A stretch of DNA of 64,000 nucleotides from Candidatus Woesearchaeota archaeon (GTDB taxonomy: Archaea; Nanobdellota; Nanobdellia; Pacearchaeales; GW2011-AR1), in assembly GCA_964437455.1 (NCBI GenBank), contig CAYTGG010000001.1, positions 20,930-84,929 of the forward strand, given 5' to 3'. This document shows positions 17,219 through 27,236 of this stretch, piece by piece. Numbering within the stretch: the stretch's first letter is position 1; each line of letters starts with the position of its first letter. A program made the translations under genes and the position numbers. The notes below the pieces were generated by a model. That model did not search any database, was not told the DNA's origin, and worked only from the letters and a program-made list of their open reading frames with translations.

Positions 17219-18673
17219 ATGGAAGAAAATCTCACAATAGAAGAACTTGCTAATTTTTGCAAGAGAAAAGGTTTTGTTTTTAGAAACTCTGATATTTATG
17301 GAGGTATAGCAGGTTTTTGGGATTTTGGCCCTTTAGGTATTGAATTATTTAATAATATAAAACAAAACTGGTGGAGTTATTTTGTTAATCAAAGAGAGGA
17401 TATAATTGGTATAGATTCTAGTATTATCTCTCATCCTAAGATATGGGAAGCTTCAGGACATTTAAGTAATTTTAAAGATATTGCAGTAATCTGTAAAAAA
17501 TGTAGAAAGTCTACTAAAATAGATCCAAATGAATTTGGAATAGTTAAATGTGAATGTGGAGGAGAATATGAAAAGCAAGGAGAGTTTCATTTATTATTTA
17601 AAACTGAAATAGGAGCATTAGATAAACAAGAAGCTTATCTTAGAGGAGAAACTGCTCAAGGTATGTTTACTGATTTTAAAATTATACAACAAACTTCTAG
17701 AATGCAACTTCCCTTTGGTATAGCACAGATTGGAAAAGTCTTTAGAAATGAAATAGCTCCAAGAGATTTTCTGTTCCGTTCAAGAGAGTTTCATATAGGA
17801 GAATTTGAATTTTTTATAAATCCAAAAGAAAAAAAATGTAATTTATTAGATAAAGAACATCTTGAATTAAACTTTAATTTTTTGGACGAAGAATCTCAAA
17901 AGAAAGGAAAATATCTTCCTAAAGAGGTTAAAATAAAAGATTTGATTTCTAAGAAGAAATTAGGAGAATGGCATGCTTATTGGTTAGCAGAACAAATAAA
18001 ATGGTTTAAGAGTTTAGGATTGAGCGAGATTAAAATAAGAGAACATACTAAAGAGGAATTGTCTCATTATTCTTCTGGAACTTTTGATATTGATTATGAA
18101 TATTCTTTTGGAAGTAAAGAGGTTGCTGGAAATGCAGATAGAGGACAATTTGATTTAACTCAACATCAAAAAGAGAGTAAAAAAGATTTGGAGATATTTG
18201 ATGATAAAACAGGAAAAAAAGTTATTCCTTTAGTTATAGAACCTACATTTGGTATGGAAAGAGTATTTCTAGCAATATTAACAAAAGCATATTCCTATGA
18301 TAAAGAGAGAAAGAATATAGTATTGAAATTACCTCCAAGTTTAGCTCCAATAAAGGCAGCCATTCTTCCTATTGTAAAAAATAAGAAAGAATTTATAGAT
18401 CTATCTAAAGAAGTTTATGATTCTCTAAAAAAAGAATTTAATGTTGTTCAGGATGTTTCAGGAAGCATAGGAAGAAGATATTCTAGAAATGATGAAATAG
18501 GAACTCCTTATTGTATAACTATTGATGGAGATTCCTTAAGAAATAAAGATGTTACTATTAGAAATAGGGACGATACAAAACAAATTCGTGTTAAAATTTC
18601 AGAACTAAAGACTATTTTAAAAAGTTTGATTGATGAAGAAGTTGATTTTGAGAAATGTGGTAGAATTATATGA
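17219..18673 (+). CDS. glyS: Glycyl-tRNA synthetase (archaeal/eukaryal alpha2 type)
   Basis: KRKGFVFRNSDIYGGIAGFWDFGPLG is the class II GlyRS N-terminal signature; 484 aa. Confidence 0.9.
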   Translation: MEENLTIEELANFCKRKGFVFRNSDIYGGIAGFWDFGPLGIELFNNIKQNWWSYFVNQREDIIGIDSSIISHPKIWEASGHLSNFKDIAVICKKCRKSTKIDPNEFGIVKCECGGEYEKQGEFHLLFKTEIGALDKQEAYLRGETAQGMFTDFKIIQQTSRMQLPFGIAQIGKVFRNEIAPRDFLFRSREFHIGEFEFFINPKEKKCNLLDKEHLELNFNFLDEESQKKGKYLPKEVKIKDLISKKKLGEWHAYWLAEQIKWFKSLGLSEIKIREHTKEELSHYSSGTFDIDYEYSFGSKEVAGNADRGQFDLTQHQKESKKDLEIFDDKTGKKVIPLVIEPTFGMERVFLAILTKAYSYDKERKNIVLKLPPSLAPIKAAILPIVKNKKEFIDLSKEVYDSLKKEFNVVQDVSGSIGRRYSRNDEIGTPYCITIDGDSLRNKDVTIRNRDDTKQIRVKISELKTILKSLIDEEVDFEKCGRII

Positions 18674-18737
18674 ATAACTAAGAGAGATTTTTAAATTAGA
18701 GAAAAAGATATAAAAACATAAATTTATTCTTTTTATA

Positions 18738-19796
18738 ATGTTTATTGAAAATATTCTAAACTTTTTTTTAGAAAATAACTCTTCTAGAGACTATATCATT
18801 TCAGCAGGAATATTTCTAGGACTTTTCTTAATTCTTAAGTTTTTTAATTCTTATTTTGTTTATATTCTAAAAAAGATTACCAAAAAATTAAAAACAACTT
18901 GGAAAAATCTTGTTATTGATTTTCTTGAGGCAATTAAATGGCCCTTTTATGCTTATTTAGCATTTTATATTGCTACAGCATACTTAGTATTGTCAGAAAT
19001 TCTTAGTAAGATTCTTTTTTATATATTAATTGTTTTTATTACTTTTTATATTTCTAAAGGAGTAATTAGTATTTCTAATCATTTTTTTGAAAGATATAGA
19101 GAAAAGAAAAAAAGAAAGAATGAAAAGACAAGCGAATCAATGATTAATGTAATGAAATTTATTGTTAAAATTCTTATTTGGACATTTGCTTTATTGATGA
19201 TTCTTTATAATTTTGGAATTCAAATAACTCCTTTAATTGCTGGTTTAGGTGTTGGAGGTATTGCTATTGGTTTAGCATTACAAAATATTCTTAGTGATTT
19301 GTTTTCAGCTTTTGCAATTTATTTTGATAAACCTTTTGAGGAGGGCGATTTTATAATTGTGGGAAATGATATGGGTGTGGTAAAGTATATTGGAATAAAA
19401 TCAACAAGAATTCAAGCATTAGGAGGACAAGAATTAGTTGTTTCTAACAGGGAACTCACATCTATAAGAATTAATAATTATAAAAAGATGAACACAAGAA
19501 GAGTCTTATTTAATTTTGGTGTAGAGTATGGTACTAGCAATAATAAATTAAAAAAAATAAAAAAAATCTTAGAAGAGATTATAAAAAAAGAAGAACATGC
19601 AAATTTAGATAGAGTTCATTTTAAAGAGTTTGGAAATTCAAGTTTGAATTTTGAAGTTGTTTATTATGTTGACTCAAAAGATTATAATGTTTATATGGAT
19701 ACTCAAGAAAAAATTAATCTAAAGATAAAAGAATCTCTAGAGAAAGAGAAAATTAGTTTTGCATTTCCTTCTACGAGTGTTTATATGAAAGATTAA
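18738..19796 (+). CDS. Small-conductance mechanosensitive channel (MscS family)
   Basis: TM3 with GLGVGGIAIGLALQNILSDLFS followed by the beta domain (GDFIIVGNDMGVVKYIGIKSTRIQALGGQELVVSN). Confidence 0.85.
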   Translation: MFIENILNFFLENNSSRDYIISAGIFLGLFLILKFFNSYFVYILKKITKKLKTTWKNLVIDFLEAIKWPFYAYLAFYIATAYLVLSEILSKILFYILIVFITFYISKGVISISNHFFERYREKKKRKNEKTSESMINVMKFIVKILIWTFALLMILYNFGIQITPLIAGLGVGGIAIGLALQNILSDLFSAFAIYFDKPFEEGDFIIVGNDMGVVKYIGIKSTRIQALGGQELVVSNRELTSIRINNYKKMNTRRVLFNFGVEYGTSNNKLKKIKKILEEIIKKEEHANLDRVHFKEFGNSSLNFEVVYYVDSKDYNVYMDTQEKINLKIKESLEKEKISFAFPSTSVYMKD

Positions 19797-19871
19797 TTTC
19801 TAATAAAATTTACCGAAGAATTTTTAAATAAAGTTTTCTTTTTTAATATAATTAAAAAGAGGATTTAAAAA

Positions 19872-20051
19872 ATGGCTAAAGCTAAAACACCAAAGCAGAT
19901 TGATATAAAGATAAGATCTCTTAAAAAACAGATAACAAAGTTAGAGGGTCAAAAAAAGAGAGCAAAGATAACAAAGAAACCTAAGAAGACAGCAAAGAAA
20001 AAATCTGTAAAGAAAAAAGTAACAAGAAAAGGAACTAAGAAAAGAAGATAA
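19872..20051 (+). CDS. Small Lys-rich basic protein (59 aa), possible nucleic-acid-binding protein
   Basis: MAKAKTPKQIDIKIRSLKKQITKLEGQKKRAKITKKPKKTAKKKSVKKKVTRKGTKKRR*; AAAGAGGA RBS-like motif about 8 nt upstream; not in the ORF track. Confidence 0.3.
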   Translation: MAKAKTPKQIDIKIRSLKKQITKLEGQKKRAKITKKPKKTAKKKSVKKKVTRKGTKKRR

Positions 20052-20125
20052 TCTGACTTTTTTTTGAGTTTTAGATTTTATCTCTTTATAATTTTAATCA
20101 TAAAAATTTTTAAACTCCGATAATT

Positions 20126-20485
20126 TTGTTTTTTATGGAAGAATGTATTTTTTGTAGAATTGCAAGAGGAGAATTTTCTAATCAAGAAAAGATTTACGAA
20201 AATGATAATTTCTTTTCAATTCCAGACGCTAAGCCTGTTTTAGAAGGACATTCTTTAGTAATTTCAAAAAAACATTTTGAGAACTCTTTAGAATTACCTG
20301 ATTCTTTGGGACCAGATCTTTTAGATTGTATAAAAAATACAGCTTTGATACTAATGAAAAAATTCAATGCAGAAGGATTTAATATAATAAATAATAATTT
20401 TAGAGTTTCTGGACAAATTGTTAATCATGTTCACTTTCATATTATACCAAGAAAAAAAGATGATGGATTTAGAACTGCGGTTTAA
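20126..20485 (+). CDS. HIT-family (histidine triad) nucleotide hydrolase
   Basis: CIFCRIARGE ... NHVHFHIIPR (HxHxHxx). Confidence 0.85.
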   Translation: MFFMEECIFCRIARGEFSNQEKIYENDNFFSIPDAKPVLEGHSLVISKKHFENSLELPDSLGPDLLDCIKNTALILMKKFNAEGFNIINNNFRVSGQIVNHVHFHIIPRKKDDGFRTAV

Positions 20486-20867
20486 TTTTCTTATTTTTAT
20501 AATTAATATAAAGATAGATAAAAGAGGAGAAAAGAATTCCTGTATTATTTATTAGGATATCTGATGTGCTTGGTATTCTGAAAGGAGTAAATATCTGATG
20601 AATTTCATCTAGAATTGAATATATAGTAGAAATAAAGATTACAATTATTACATGTTCTATTCTTATTTCTTTTTTTCCTTTTATAGTTATAAAGAGAAAA
20701 AATGTAAATAGAAAGAAAATGACAAAATGATATATTATAGAGATATCAAAGGTTGAAATTCCAGAACCTTGTGAACTAGAAATACTTGAAAAATAGAATA
20801 TCTCTAGAGCTATTAATAAAGTTATTATTAAAGAAATTTTCCTATTATCTTCTAACTTATTTATCAT
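20469..20867 (-). CDS. VanZ-like membrane protein
   Basis: 3-4 TM plus LDEIHQIFTPFRIPSTSDILINNTG, matching the VanZ DE.HQ...P.R..S..D...N..G motif. Confidence 0.5.
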   Translation of the reverse strand: MINKLEDNRKISLIITLLIALEIFYFSSISSSQGSGISTFDISIIYHFVIFFLFTFFLFITIKGKKEIRIEHVIIVIFISTIYSILDEIHQIFTPFRIPSTSDILINNTGILFSSFIYLYINYKNKKIKPQF

Positions 20868-21039
20868 TTTAGAAAAATAAAAAAAGGATATTTATAAGGA
20901 TTATTATTTCTAATAGAGAAATTTATAGATATTACTCTCCTATTTTATTATATAAATAAAAAATAAATAATTACTTTTAGAAGAAAAAAGATTTTTGTGT
21001 AGACTTTATGATTAAGATTAAGAAAGAACTAAAACAAAA

Positions 21040-21111
21040 TGGCTGCACTGGGAGTTGAACCCAGGACCCCAAGCTCATGAGACTTGTACTCTACCACTGA
21101 GCTATGCAGCC
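21040..21111 (-). tRNA. tRNA with CAU anticodon (elongator Met or Ile2)
   Basis: Reverse complement GGCTGCA-TA-GCTC-AGTGGTA-GAGT-A-CAAGT-CTCATGA-GCTTG-GGGTC-CTGGG-TTCAACT-CCCAG-TGCAGCC-A; G1-C72, so not the initiator. Confidence 0.75.
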
Positions 21112-21326
21112 AATTCTAGAAGAAGTTTCACATTTAAAAGTTTTAGTGATATTGAATTAAGCAAAATAAATCTTTAAATTAATATAAATTTTTATGATTT
21201 AATGGATAATAATATCATTTATAAGTGTAAATATTAAATTAAGTTGCTTATCTTTCTAAAATTAATAATTTAAAAATCTTCTTCTTTTTACGATAAAATT
21301 AAAAACTAATTTTTCTTTTTACTTTT

Positions 21327-21557
21327 ATGGTTGCAGAAGAATTGGTTAATATAATTCCTATAGAATTAATCAAAGAGATTAGTTTTCTCACTAAAACTCT
21401 TCAAGCAGTAGGAGGAATAATTTTATTATACATAATTTTTGGTGTTATTAATTTATTAATAAATAAGAAAAAGAATAAAGAAATAAGAAGTATTAAAGAG
21501 AGTTTAGAAGAAATAAAAAAAATTCTTAAAAAAATAAGAAATAATAAGAAAATTTAA
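21327..21557 (+). CDS. Small protein with one TM and a Lys-rich tail, hypothetical
   Basis: 76 aa. Confidence 0.25.
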   Translation: MVAEELVNIIPIELIKEISFLTKTLQAVGGIILLYIIFGVINLLINKKKNKEIRSIKESLEEIKKILKKIRNNKKI

Positions 21558-21564
21558 AAAAAGA

Positions 21565-21867
21565 TTATTTTTTGTTTAATGTTATTTCTATTGCAGAGAC
21601 ATTAACTTTTCTTCCTTGTTTGTTATCAAATTCTTCACTGCTTACTTTTATGTCTTTAATCTCTACTTGTTGTTTGTCTAAAAATCTTCTCTTGACAACT
21701 TCAGCAACATCAACAGCTTTATTTATGAACTTTCCTCGAGCTTTTATGACAACTTCATTTCTGTTCTGAACTGTAAACTGTAAAAAAACACTTGTTACAT
21801 AATTCATAAAGGGTTTAGTACCAATAAAAACAATGTTGTCATCTGCTTTTGTAGTTTCTTCTGTCAT
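21565..21867 (-). CDS. albA: Alba (Sso10b) DNA/RNA-binding protein
   Basis: NIVFIGTKPFMNYVTSVFLQF...NEVVIKARGKFINKAVDVAEVV...VSAIEITL matches Alba throughout. Confidence 0.85.
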   Translation of the reverse strand: MTEETTKADDNIVFIGTKPFMNYVTSVFLQFTVQNRNEVVIKARGKFINKAVDVAEVVKRRFLDKQQVEIKDIKVSSEEFDNKQGRKVNVSAIEITLNKK

Positions 21868-21868
21868 T

Positions 21869-22060
21869 TTAGCCTCCTTGTTTATTTTTTATCTTTTTTA
21901 GCCTTGCTAAATATCCTGCCATTTGATTTCTCATTTTCTTATTTGGTAGAGTATCTCCTAATATTTCTTTGTTCTTTTCAAAATCTGAAGTGAATTTTAT
22001 ATCTTTATCTAAAAGCATTTCTGCATTCTTTTTTATTGGTTTAGATTTTATTTTTCCCAT
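21869..22060 (-). CDS. rps17e: 30S ribosomal protein S17e
   Basis: MGKIKSKPIKKNAEMLL...FTSDFEKNK...RNQMAGYLARL matches the eS17 MG.I.....K.A..L..FT.DFE.NK...RN..AGY..RL pattern. Confidence 0.8.
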   Translation of the reverse strand: MGKIKSKPIKKNAEMLLDKDIKFTSDFEKNKEILGDTLPNKKMRNQMAGYLARLKKIKNKQGG

Positions 22061-22091
22061 ACTTATAAATTTACTACTCTATTTTTAAAGT

Positions 22092-22943
22092 TTATTGCTT
22101 TATGATTTCTATATCTGATAGTCTTTTTATTGCTTCAATAAGATTCTTTAGCCTTTTTAGAGGTTCTCCTAAGCTCAAAAGAACATATTCTAAATTAAGT
22201 TCTACAGCCTTTTTATTTGCTTTTAATATATCAATTTCACTTATTCTTTTTTTATTTAATGCTACTAAAAGTTTTTCCTTTCCATCTTTTCTTATTCTAA
22301 GAAATAAATCATTTTTACTAAAACTTTCTATATTTAAAGTTTCAATTGATTTCTCCGATAAATAATCTTTTACTCTATTAAAAAATTTATCATTTCTTTT
22401 TTGAGGAATTCTTTTTGTTTTTTTCTTAATTTCTTTTTTTTCTTTTTCCTTATCAAAAATGTTTAAATCTACCTTTTCTTCAATTTTTTTAATTTCTTCT
22501 TCTCTAATTTCCTTTTCTTCTTTAAAATCTGATTCTTTTGTTTTAAAATATCTCCAATAAACTTCTCCTTTTTCATTTTTAAAAGGTAGAGCATAATCTC
22601 TAATCTGTCTTAAAGCAACTTTTATTGCTGGTTCTTGTTCATCATCTTTTAAGACTTTTTCTTTTTGTATTAATAAAAATGCTTCTTTTTCTTTACTCTT
22701 TAAATGTTCTGAGAATCTCTCAAGTAGAAATTCCTGTCCTGAGATTAAATATACTGGAGAACTTCCAACTCTAATATTACTAATTTTTATCTTTTTCTCA
22801 GAAAGTAATTCAGAGAGAAAAGCTGATGCAAATAGAATACTTAGATTCATCTCTTTTGCTACATGAACAGGTAGGCTTGGACCGTTTCTTTTTAGAAAAG
22901 AAAGAATTCTCTCTTTTATTTGTGAAGTTTCTTGAATAACCAT
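22092..22943 (-). CDS. Winged-helix protein with a coiled-coil/Lys-Glu-rich middle and a second C-terminal helical domain (ScpA/kleisin-like or transcription-factor-like); function unknown
   Basis: N-terminal WH-like ILSFLKRNGPSLPVHVAKEMNLSILFASAFLSELLSEKKI; no Cys, so not TFE-alpha or TFE-beta. Confidence 0.35.
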   Translation of the reverse strand: MVIQETSQIKERILSFLKRNGPSLPVHVAKEMNLSILFASAFLSELLSEKKIKISNIRVGSSPVYLISGQEFLLERFSEHLKSKEKEAFLLIQKEKVLKDDEQEPAIKVALRQIRDYALPFKNEKGEVYWRYFKTKESDFKEEKEIREEEIKKIEEKVDLNIFDKEKEKKEIKKKTKRIPQKRNDKFFNRVKDYLSEKSIETLNIESFSKNDLFLRIRKDGKEKLLVALNKKRISEIDILKANKKAVELNLEYVLLSLGEPLKRLKNLIEAIKRLSDIEIIKQ

Positions 22944-23008
22944 AATAAAAAAAGATTTGTATTAGTTATAAAGATTTTTATAGAGAACTCTTTAATTTTT
23001 ATTAATAT

Positions 23009-23533
23009 TTACGGTTTTATCCATCCAACTTCATAATAAGTTATGTCTCCTTCTTCATCTACAATCGCCAGGAGTAATTTCTTCTTTGTACTATGTGCTA
23101 CTCGATTTTTCGCAGAGAATTCATGCCAAGTAATTTTTTCAGATTCATATTCTGTAAAAACTATCCATCTAGCATGTTCTTTTCCTGGTTTTATTCCTTT
23201 ATCATAAACTCTAAAATCTGCACCAAACTTCAAAGCTGTTTTTACAACATATCCTCTTTCTCTTAAATCTTTAAATACAGAATATTTTATTTGTATTCTT
23301 TTATCTATTCTTTTAATCTTATTAAATAATTCATCTTTTGATAATTCCTTTTTTCCAGAAAATATAACCATCTTTCCTTTCTCAGTTAAATAAATCCCTT
23401 CAGAAAGCATATAATGGATTCTGTTTTCTTGTACTTCTCCAAATCTACTTTTCTCATAAATTGAGTAAGCATTAGAATCATTACTTGTAATTATTCTTCC
23501 ATCTAGATATGCTTTAATTTTTTGTTTTTCCAT
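23009..23533 (-). CDS. endA: tRNA-splicing endonuclease catalytic subunit (EndA)
   Basis: FGADFRVYDKG...HARWIV...NRVAHSTKKKLLLAIVD..YYEV.W carries the Y/H/K catalytic triad motifs; 174 aa. Confidence 0.8.
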   Translation of the reverse strand: MEKQKIKAYLDGRIITSNDSNAYSIYEKSRFGEVQENRIHYMLSEGIYLTEKGKMVIFSGKKELSKDELFNKIKRIDKRIQIKYSVFKDLRERGYVVKTALKFGADFRVYDKGIKPGKEHARWIVFTEYESEKITWHEFSAKNRVAHSTKKKLLLAIVDEEGDITYYEVGWIKP

Positions 23534-23737
23534 TTAAAACAAAAGAAAAAGCAATATTTAAAAATATTCTTTCTTAATTTCTTTTATGGGAAACACTAAA
23601 ACAAAGAATTTTAACTCTGTTTTAGAAATAATTCTCTTAAAATTATAAATAAATCTTTAAAAATTTAAGTAAAAAGTATTTTTTAATAAGAGAATTAGGA
23701 GCATAAACAATATAAATTATATTTAGCTGATAGAAAA

Positions 23738-26170
23738 ATGAAAGAATTTAACATAAAAGAAATAGAAGAGAAATGGCAAAAAAAATGGGAAAAAGAGAAG
23801 ATATTCAAAGTAAAAGAGAATAGCAAAAAAAAGAAATTTTATGTTCTTGAAATGTATCCCTATCCTTCTGGAACTGGTTTGCATATGGGTCATGCTTTTA
23901 ATTATACTTTAGGAGATATATATGCAAGATTTAAAAGAATGAAAGGTTTTAATGTTCTTTATCCTATGGGATATGATTCTCTTGGATTGCCTGCTGAAAA
24001 TGCTGCTATAAAGATAGGAAAACATCCTAAAGAAACTACTAACGAGGCAATTAAAAATTATATTAAACAACAAAAAGCATTAGGATTAAGTTATGATTGG
24101 AATAGACTTTTGATGAGTCATGATATAGAATATTACAAATGGAATCAATTTTTCTTTTTGAAGTTCTTAGAAAAAGGTTTGATATATAGAAAAAAAGCTC
24201 CTGTTAATTGGTGTCCAAAATGTAATACAGTTCTTGCTAATGAACAAGTTCAAGGAGGAAGATGCTGGAGACATAGAGATACTGAAATTGAAATTAAACA
24301 TTTAGAACAATGGTTTATTAAAACAACAGATTATGCTGAGGAGCTTTTAAATTGTATAGATGACCTACAATGGCCAGAAAGAATAAAAATTATGCAGAAA
24401 AATTGGATTGGAAAAAGTTATGGAACTGAAATAGATTTTGAGATTAATGGAGAAATAATTCCTATCTTTACAACTCGTCCTGATACTATTTATGGAGTCA
24501 CATTTGTGGTTATTTCTGCTCAACATCAAAGATTAATGGATTTTGTTAGTCCAGAACAAGAAAAAGAAGTTAAAGAATTTCTTAGAAGAATTAAAAGTGT
24601 TTCTGAAAAAGAACAAGATGAATTAAATAAAGAAGGAGTTTTCACAGGAAGTTATGCAATAAATCCTATTACTAAAGATAAAGTTCCTGTTTATGCAGGA
24701 AATTTTGTTGTTGCTGATTATGGAAGCGGAATGGTAATGGCTGTTCCAGCACATGATTCAAGAGATTTTGATTTTGCAAAAAAGTATAATATTCCAATAA
24801 AAGTAGTTGTCTCTCCTTCTTCTCTTAAATTGAATTCTAAGAAAATCTTAAGTGCATATACTGGAGGTGGGAAATTAATAAATTCGAAAGAGTTTAATGG
24901 AGAAAATAATAAAGACGCTATAATAAAAATAACTAAACTTCTAGAAGAAAAAGGTTTAGGAAGAAAGAAAGTCCAATATAAATTAAAAGATTGGCTTATC
25001 TCAAGACAGAGATATTGGGGGACTCCTATTCCTATTATTTATTGTGATAAATGTGGAATTGTTCCTGTTCCTGAAAAAGATTTACCAGTTAAATTACCTA
25101 CAAAAGTTAAGTTTGGAGAGGGAAATCCTCTTGAAACTGCAGAGAATTGGATTAATGTTAAGTGTCCTAAATGTGGAGGAAAAGCAAAGAGAGAAAGAGA
25201 TACAATGGACACTTTCTTTGATTCTAGTTGGTATTATATGAGATATGTTGATAATAAAAATAAAAAAAGATTTTTTGAGAGAAAGAAAATAGATTATTGG
25301 CTTCCTGTTGATCAATATATTGGAGGAGCAGAGCACGCATGTCTTCACCTGCTTTATTCAAGATTCTTTACTAAAGCTTTGAGAGATATGGGAATTGTGA
25401 ATTTTAGTGAACCTTTTACAAAATTATTTAATCAAGGAATGGTTCATGCAGAAGATGGAAAAGTAATGGCAAAATCACTTGGAAATGCTATAGATCCTAT
25501 TAAAGTAGCAGAGAAATTTGGAGTTGATTCTTTAAGATTTTTTATTGTGAGTGTAGCAGGACCTGATAAAGATTTTAATTGGAGTACAAATGGAATTGAG
25601 GGGATCTTTAAGTTCATTAAAAAAGTTATGAATTACTTTGAAAGAGTTAAGATAGGAAAAGCAGATGAAAAAATTGAAAGTAAATTAAATAAAGTTATAA
25701 TGAATGTTAGTGATTATATAGAAAATTTAAAATACAACTTAGCTGTAATAGAGATTAGAGATTTATTTGATTCTCTTCCTGAAGAAACTTCTAAGGAAAT
25801 TCTGGAAAAAAGTTTAAAATTACTTCATCCTTTCTGTCCTCATATAACAGAGGAAAATTGGAAAAAAATTGGAAATAAATCTTTCATTAGTTTAGAGAAA
25901 TGGCCAATAGCAGATGAAAGTAAAATAAATAAGAAATTTGAAATACAAGAGGATGCAATTAAAAAATTGAAATCAGATATAGAGCAGATAAAAAAGATTA
26001 CTGGAAAGACAGAAGCAAAAATTTATGTTTATGTTTTACCTAATGAATTTGAGATTTATAAAAACATAAAAGAAATTAAACTTTTTTTAGTTAATGATCC
26101 TGAGAAATATGATCCTGAGAATAAATCAAAAAAAGTTAAACCTGGAAAACCTGGAATTTATATAGAGTAG
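23738..26170 (+). CDS. leuS: Leucyl-tRNA synthetase (short archaeal form, 810 aa)
   Basis: [34 protein letters not shown] (HIGH-region equivalent), CP1 editing region, KMAKSLGN (KMSKS). Confidence 0.9.
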   Translation: MKEFNIKEIEEKWQKKWEKEKIFKVKENSKKKKFYVLEMYPYPSGTGLHMGHAFNYTLGDIYARFKRMKGFNVLYPMGYDSLGLPAENAAIKIGKHPKETTNEAIKNYIKQQKALGLSYDWNRLLMSHDIEYYKWNQFFFLKFLEKGLIYRKKAPVNWCPKCNTVLANEQVQGGRCWRHRDTEIEIKHLEQWFIKTTDYAEELLNCIDDLQWPERIKIMQKNWIGKSYGTEIDFEINGEIIPIFTTRPDTIYGVTFVVISAQHQRLMDFVSPEQEKEVKEFLRRIKSVSEKEQDELNKEGVFTGSYAINPITKDKVPVYAGNFVVADYGSGMVMAVPAHDSRDFDFAKKYNIPIKVVVSPSSLKLNSKKILSAYTGGGKLINSKEFNGENNKDAIIKITKLLEEKGLGRKKVQYKLKDWLISRQRYWGTPIPIIYCDKCGIVPVPEKDLPVKLPTKVKFGEGNPLETAENWINVKCPKCGGKAKRERDTMDTFFDSSWYYMRYVDNKNKKRFFERKKIDYWLPVDQYIGGAEHACLHLLYSRFFTKALRDMGIVNFSEPFTKLFNQGMVHAEDGKVMAKSLGNAIDPIKVAEKFGVDSLRFFIVSVAGPDKDFNWSTNGIEGIFKFIKKVMNYFERVKIGKADEKIESKLNKVIMNVSDYIENLKYNLAVIEIRDLFDSLPEETSKEILEKSLKLLHPFCPHITEENWKKIGNKSFISLEKWPIADESKINKKFEIQEDAIKKLKSDIEQIKKITGKTEAKIYVYVLPNEFEIYKNIKEIKLFLVNDPEKYDPENKSKKVKPGKPGIYIE

Positions 26171-26195
26171 AAATAATTAAATAATTGTTTTTTTT

Positions 26196-27236
26196 GTGTT
26201 ATATATGAAAAATCAGGTGATTTCTGAAGATATTACTAAAAAGAATATTAATAGAAAAAGAATAAAAATTATTTTTATTTTTTCTTTAAGTGCAATAATT
26301 TTATTCTTATTCTTATTTCTTCCTAGTAAAGGAAGTTGTGGAGATGGAACTTTAAATGGAAATTGCTCAGAGAATAAACCTTATTTCTGTGAGAATGAAA
26401 TTCTTGTAGAAAATCCTTCTGTATGTGGATGTCCTGAAATCTTAACTTTAAGTCAGAATAAATGTATATTTAAACACTTTACTGGTAGAAAAAAAGTAAC
26501 TTTAGATTATATTTTAAGAGGAGATAAAGGAGAAATTGATTTAACTGTTTATGAAGGTGTAAGAGATTACTTATCTTCTTTATACAAATCTTCTAGTGGA
26601 ATCTCTAGAAAAGATCTTAAACTAGATATAGTCAATGAAGAAAAACAAAGAGATTTACTTATTCCTCTTGTAGTTAAAATACAGAATATAACAAAAAATA
26701 AAGAAGATCAGATGAGAATCGCAGTAAGTCTAGTTCAAAATATTCCTTATGGTTCTTCTAAAGATAATATAACTATAGGTTATTATGAATTGTCTTATAG
26801 GAGATTTCCTTATGAAGTAATTTATGACAATGAAGGAGTATGTGATGAGAAATCGGTATTATTAATCTTCTTGCTTAAAGAATTAGGTTATGATGTTTCT
26901 TTGTTTTATTATCCTAATGAAAATCACGAAGCTGTGGGAATTAAATGTCCCACTGAGTATAGTTTAGGAAATACAAGCTATTGTTTTGTAGAGGCTTCAG
27001 GGCCTTCTATAATATCTAATTCTGAACAGTTTTATTTTGGAGGTTCTAAGTTATCTTCAGATTTTGAATTGATACATTTATTTAATGGAACTTCTTTAAA
27101 CAAAGATTTATATGAATTTAGTGATGCTAAGAATTGGATGAATCTTAATAAAATTCTGGAAGAGAAAGGAGAACTTAATTTTTTTAGATATTACAAACTG
27201 AAAAATATAAAAGAAAAATATGGATTACTCTTCTAA
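26196..27236 (+). CDS. Membrane-anchored extracellular protein with a Cys-rich region and a transglutaminase-like (papain-fold) core
   Basis: N-terminal TM; GVCDEKSVLLIFLLKELGYDVSLFYY matches the transglutaminase-core G.C...a.l...lLr.lGipar.v.Gy pattern, followed by NHEAVGI (the His of HAWvEv) and FVEASG. Confidence 0.4.
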   Translation: MLYMKNQVISEDITKKNINRKRIKIIFIFSLSAIILFLFLFLPSKGSCGDGTLNGNCSENKPYFCENEILVENPSVCGCPEILTLSQNKCIFKHFTGRKKVTLDYILRGDKGEIDLTVYEGVRDYLSSLYKSSSGISRKDLKLDIVNEEKQRDLLIPLVVKIQNITKNKEDQMRIAVSLVQNIPYGSSKDNITIGYYELSYRRFPYEVIYDNEGVCDEKSVLLIFLLKELGYDVSLFYYPNENHEAVGIKCPTEYSLGNTSYCFVEASGPSIISNSEQFYFGGSKLSSDFELIHLFNGTSLNKDLYEFSDAKNWMNLNKILEEKGELNFFRYYKLKNIKEKYGLLF

